Source: an uncultured Fibrobacterota bacterium
GTDB lineage: Bacteria > Fibrobacterota > Chitinivibrionia > Chitinivibrionales > FEN-1185
DNA: 64,000 nt
Assembly (NCBI GenBank): GCA_963753345.1
Contig: CAVWBU010000018.1
Span: forward strand, 64,001-128,000
Direction: 5' to 3'
The notes under the pieces are model-generated. The model searched no databases, was not told where the DNA came from, and was given only the letters and a program-made list of their open reading frames with translations. Positions within the stretch are counted from its first letter, which is position 1. Every line of letters begins with the position of its first letter. A program made the translations under genes and the position numbers. This document shows, in pieces, positions 60,155 through 64,000 of the stretch.

Positions 60155-60940
60155 TCAAAAACCCCGTGATGCTCCGCCTCCGCCGCTGCCGCCGCCCCCG
60201 AACCCTCCGCCGAAGCCCCCGCCGCCGAAACCGCCGCCGAAACCGCCGCTTCTGCCGCCGCGGCCTCCGCTGAAAAGCCCCATGAGGAACATTGTCCAGA
60301 GTAGTGTGCGGCCGAACGGCGTCGCCATGAGGAAAATCAGCACGACGATAAAAAGGACGGCCTTGAGCAGGGAAACCTTTCTGAAGCGATACTGCTCCGG
60401 CGCGCGCTGCTCTTGGCCCGGCAAAGCAAGGCTGATGTTTTTTTCGTGGGCAACAATCCGCGCTATTGTGATGGAGACATTCAGAAGGCCCGCGGAGTAG
60501 TCGTTGGTCTTGAAGAACGGGACGCCGGACTCGTCGAGTATTCTTCCCGCCTTTGCGTCGTTGAGATACCCTTCGGATCCATAGCCGACTTCGATGCGCG
60601 CTTTCCGGGGGTCGAGCGAAAGCAGAACGAGCGCCCCCTCGTCCGATCCAGTCCTGCCGATTCCCCACCTTTTGTAAAGCTCCGGCGCGTATTCGTCGAT
60701 TGTCGCGTTTTCAAGTTTCGGCAGTGTAGCCACCACAAGGCCGAAGCCTGCCTGTTCCCAGAGCGCCTGGGCGATAAGGGCAATTTTCTGTTGGGTCGGC
60801 TGGTCGACCACGCCGGCAAAGTCGGCAACGGGCCCGGACGGACGGGTGGGATATTCCTGGCCGGAAACGGCACCGCACAGGGCAACTGTGCAACAGATGG
60901 TTGCGAAGAGCGGGCTTCTTGCTCGATGCGTATTCTTCAT
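60155..60940 (-). CDS. TPM (YgcG-like) domain protein
   Basis: VADFAGV, WGIG, RIEVGYGSEG, Gly-rich C-terminus GGGGSGGGGASRGF. Confidence 0.9.
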   Translation of the reverse strand: MKNTHRARSPLFATICCTVALCGAVSGQEYPTRPSGPVADFAGVVDQPTQQKIALIAQALWEQAGFGLVVATLPKLENATIDEYAPELYKRWGIGRTGSDEGALVLLSLDPRKARIEVGYGSEGYLNDAKAGRILDESGVPFFKTNDYSAGLLNVSITIARIVAHEKNISLALPGQEQRAPEQYRFRKVSLLKAVLFIVVLIFLMATPFGRTLLWTMFLMGLFSGGRGGRSGGFGGGFGGGGFGGGFGGGGSGGGGASRGF

Positions 60941-61275
60941 CTTCCTCTTGGCGCAGGGTTCGTGCTCGTAGAAATATACTTGCTCTCCGCTGCAACCGTG
61001 ACTTCGCCTGTATAAGACGGTTGCACCCGGCTCCGTGGATTTTGCTGAACGCCAGCGACAAATCCATCCGCCGCTTTGAAAACATTATTGTGCCGGAGTC
61101 GCGTGTCAACCATCCAGCCTGCAGTGTGCAGTAGTCAATGAGAGAGCATTTTCCTCTGGAGCCCAACCCGCATGGCCGCTCCGACAACGTTGAAAGAAAT
61201 TCGGGAAAAGGGTATATTCTCAAGCAAGGCGCGCGAAACGAATATCCAGGGAATAGGAACCGGGCCGTGAGAGCG

Positions 61276-62154
61276 ATGAAAAGAATAATGGTCATGCTGT
61301 CGGCGCTAAGACCCTTGCAATGGACAAAAAATGTTTTTGTTTTCGGCGCCCTGTTCTTTTCGAAGAATCTTTTCAATCCGCACGCTTTCGCCGTAGTCTG
61401 TTCCGCATTTGTGATTTTCTGCCTGCTTTCGGGTTCCTACTACATTTTCAACGACATCTGCGACAGGGAAGGGGACAGGAATCATCCGGAAAAGTCCAGG
61501 CGCCCCATTGCTTCGGGCAGGCTGCCGGTGTCCCAGGCGGTTGCGCTGATGGTGTTCTGCGCAATTGCCTCCCTGGCGTGGGCCTTCTTTCTTGGACTAC
61601 CTTTCTTTGCGGTTTGCCTGTCCGCGATTGTTCTGCAGTGCGCGTACTCTCTCGCGTTGAAAAAGATCGTCATCGTTGATGTGTTCGTCATCGCAATCAC
61701 CTTTGTTCTGAGGGTCGTGGCGGGCGGCGTCGCCATCCATGTCGAGATTTCCTCGTGGATTCTCATCTGCACCCTGCTTCTCGCGCTTTTCCTCGCGCTC
61801 GGAAAACGCCGGCAGGAATTCCTGCTGATTTCGGGCGGGGCGGCGCACCGCAGGAAAGTGCTTGACGACTACAACCTGCCGTTGCTCGACCAGATGACCT
61901 CCGTTGTGGCCGCATCGACGGTCATCACCTATGCGCTCTACACCGTTTCCGAAAGCACGCTGCGGAGGGTCCACTCCAGCAACCTTATGTATACGATCCC
62001 CTTTGTCCTCTACGGCGTCTTCAGGTATCTGTATCTTATTCACCGGGAGCAAAAAGGCGGGAGCCCGGAAACCGTTCTTCTCACCGACAAACCGCTTTAT
62101 ATTTGCATCCTCTTGTATCTGGCAACGGCCGGAGCAATACTGTATGTCAAGTGA
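61276..62154 (+). CDS. UbiA-family decaprenyl-phosphate phosphoribosyltransferase-like protein
   Basis: LRPLQWTKN, YIFNDICDREGDRNHPEKSRRPIASG, KRRQE. Confidence 0.88.
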   Translation: MKRIMVMLSALRPLQWTKNVFVFGALFFSKNLFNPHAFAVVCSAFVIFCLLSGSYYIFNDICDREGDRNHPEKSRRPIASGRLPVSQAVALMVFCAIASLAWAFFLGLPFFAVCLSAIVLQCAYSLALKKIVIVDVFVIAITFVLRVVAGGVAIHVEISSWILICTLLLALFLALGKRRQEFLLISGGAAHRRKVLDDYNLPLLDQMTSVVAASTVITYALYTVSESTLRRVHSSNLMYTIPFVLYGVFRYLYLIHREQKGGSPETVLLTDKPLYICILLYLATAGAILYVK

Positions 62155-62265
62155 CGGGGCCCGATTCGCCGCCGCGGTCCTGCCCGTTGATTTTCTTATC
62201 CGTCGTGATTGCCTCCGTCACGTGTGACCATACTTGCAGAAGTTCACTCTTCAATTACTCTCCGT

Positions 62266-62413
62266 GGGTGCCCCCGCACGAGTGTTTGATTCTTGCAACC
62301 GCACCTTCTTGGGGTGCACCCAGGAGGGGGTAGCGAAAGACCAGCGGGCGATTGACGATGATCAACCATTATAGTACGCACGCTGGGCTGTAGCGAGGGG
62401 GAGCCTTCCCCCC
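62266..62413 (+). repeat. Motif B, copy 5 (no recognisable motif A upstream)
   Basis: GGGTGCCCCCGCAC...CTTGGGGTGCACCCAGGAGGGGGTAGCG...GAGGGGGAGCCTTCCCCC. Confidence 0.8.
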
Positions 62414-62445
62414 ATCATTATATCTTTCCGTCGCTCCAAGAAAAC

Positions 62446-62480
62446 AAAAAGCCCCTTTCCATCGCTGAAAAGGGGCCTTT
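62446..62480 (-). terminator. Probable intrinsic terminator
   Basis: GCCCCTTT...AAAGGGGC stem with a T run on the minus strand after the TPR gene stop. Confidence 0.6.
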
Positions 62481-62504
62481 AAGACCATGCTTAATTGACA
62501 GCCG

Positions 62505-64000
62505 CTACTTCTTCTTTCCCGCCTCTTCGAGAATGTCCTTGTCGTTCGGGTCCAATGCAAGCGCCTTGTCGAGGTGCTGTTTGTACCCCGTCATGTCCTT
62601 CTGGGCCTTTGCGAGTTTGGCGAGCCCGAGCTCTGCCCTTGCACAGTTCGGGTCTGCCTTGAGGGCGCGGTCGTAAAACGTTTTCGCCCACTGCAGCTTG
62701 GACTGGTTGAGGTACACGTCGGCGCGCTCGCAGATGGCCGGCGTGTAGTTCGGGTTGATGTACGAGATTTCCTTGTACGTTTCCACCGCGTCGTCCCACT
62801 TGCCCTGGATCGACTGGATCTTGCCGTACAGCATGAGTGCCGCGATATTCTCCGGGTCGGTGGCCGTGATGTCCTTGATGGTGCTCTCGGCCTGTGCGTA
62901 CACGCCCGCGAGGTACAGGGCCTCGGCGTACTTGAGCAGGGTCTTGTTATCGCGCTTCTTCTGCACGATCTGCTGCATCACGTCAAGAGCCTTCTTCGAC
63001 TGGCCGGTTGACTTATACAGGTCAAACAGGGTCATGCGGATGGTCTCGTCGTCGGGCTTCAGCTTGTCGGCCTTTTCCAGAAGCTCAAGCGCATCCTTGG
63101 AACGGTCGGTCTGGATATAGCCCTGAGCGAGCGGGACCATGTACGCGGGTTCGTTTGGTTTGAGCGCGTTGGCCGTTTCCAGGAACATCATGGCGTCGTT
63201 GTATTTCTTTTTCGCCACGAGCATAGCGCCGATCTTGCCGGCCGCGTCGGCGTTCTCCGGGTCGAGCTGGATGAATTTTCTGAACGCCTCCAGCTCGTCC
63301 TTGTCCTTGCCGAGCTTGTCGTATACCTGGCCCATCTCAAACCACATTGACGGAATGGTGTCGGCCAGGGTCGAGCATTTCTTGAGCAGGGCCAGCGCCT
63401 TGTCGAGCGTTGACTTCTGCTTGGCATAATAGAGTCCTGCGGCGAGGAAACTCTTGTAATCCTTGGGATACGCCACGGTGTTCTCTTCGTACATCTTTGC
63501 CGCCGCGGCCGGGTTTGTCGCCTCGGTGAGCTGCGCCTTCCGCAACGAGGCCTCCGGGTCCTTTACGCCGGACAGCTTGGTATAAATCGAGTACACTTCG
63601 AGCGCCTTTGCCGCGTTGCTGGACTTGTCGTATGCCTCGCCGAGCAACTTCATCACGGTTGTGGTTCCCGCGTGTTTCTGCGTGAGCTTGCCGTTGATTT
63701 CACGGAACCGTTCAAAGAGCTCGATCGCCTTCTTGTAGTCTTTTGTGTAGGAGCAGGCCTGTCCGTACACGAAAATGAAGTCGATCGACTTGGCAGCGTC
63801 GCCGGTCACCAGCGCCAGGTACTTCACCGCCTCTTCGTAGTTCTTTGCGGCAAACGCGGCTTCGCCTACGGAACGCGCCACGGACACGTCCTTCGGGTTC
63901 TTGTCGAGGTACTTCTTGTACATCGACAGCGCCTGCGACGCCTTGTTCTGCTTGGTGTAGAGATCGCCGAGCGCCTTGTAATCGGCGACGGCGTCCGGGT
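62505..64000 (-). CDS. Tetratricopeptide repeat protein (3' part; start lies outside the window)
   Basis: Repeated helical TPR patterns (A...G..Y...A...ALKADPN); frame open to the window edge. Confidence 0.88.
   Translation of the reverse strand, partial: PDAVADYKALGDLYTKQNKASQALSMYKKYLDKNPKDVSVARSVGEAAFAAKNYEEAVKYLALVTGDAAKSIDFIFVYGQACSYTKDYKKAIELFERFREINGKLTQKHAGTTTVMKLLGEAYDKSSNAAKALEVYSIYTKLSGVKDPEASLRKAQLTEATNPAAAAKMYEENTVAYPKDYKSFLAAGLYYAKQKSTLDKALALLKKCSTLADTIPSMWFEMGQVYDKLGKDKDELEAFRKFIQLDPENADAAGKIGAMLVAKKKYNDAMMFLETANALKPNEPAYMVPLAQGYIQTDRSKDALELLEKADKLKPDDETIRMTLFDLYKSTGQSKKALDVMQQIVQKKRDNKTLLKYAEALYLAGVYAQAESTIKDITATDPENIAALMLYGKIQSIQGKWDDAVETYKEISYINPNYTPAICERADVYLNQSKLQWAKTFYDRALKADPNCARAELGLAKLAKAQKDMTGYKQHLDKALALDPNDKDILEEAGKKK

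Noticed and set aside
60118-60157. Short ACTTTCA-type heptamer repeats
   Set aside because: Too short and degenerate, and not linked to motif A or B here.
942-62413. Motif A/B copies as a CRISPR array
   Set aside because: Copies are dispersed, long and divergent, with no regular repeat-spacer periodicity and no cas genes.
1-64000. tRNA, rRNA, integrase or prophage genes
   Set aside because: None recognised by eye; a tRNAscan-SE/Rfam scan would be needed to exclude them formally.

Overview
Bacterial genomic DNA, probably Fibrobacterota (Chitinivibrionia/Chitinispirillia-like); the taxon is inferred from TIGR02147-like, FISUMP-like and T9SS-tail-like proteins, not from a search. The left half (1-31 kb) is an accessory region of secreted carbohydrate-active proteins: three tandem GH2 paralogs, four GH64/thaumatin-like glucanases, CBM6-like, BNR_4-like, GH116 and FN3-FISUMP proteins, plus an IS5-family element and a reverse-order PIN/Phd toxin-antitoxin pair. 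The right half has core genes (uppS-cdsA-dxr-rseP, a two-component pair, livHMGF, a lemA/TPM cluster, a UbiA-family gene, a TPR protein). Best candidate new system: a minus-strand RiPP-like cluster at 50289-54727. It comprises a near-consensus sigma70 promoter, a 113-aa precursor with a twin-arginine/lipobox-like leader and a Tyr/Ser core (26 Tyr, ten Y-x-S motifs), a terminator, two radical SAM/SPASM enzymes, a degenerate SPASM-like partner and a GT9 glycosyltransferase. Second candidate: a dispersed family of covarying structured intergenic elements (motif A, 8 copies; motif B, 5 copies; A-spacer-B in fixed order 4 times). Also seen: a DGR-variable-region-like FISUMP C-terminus, a T9SS-tail-like domain nested in an N-terminal module, and single-base frameshifts in five accessory genes. 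All family assignments come from motif recognition by eye.
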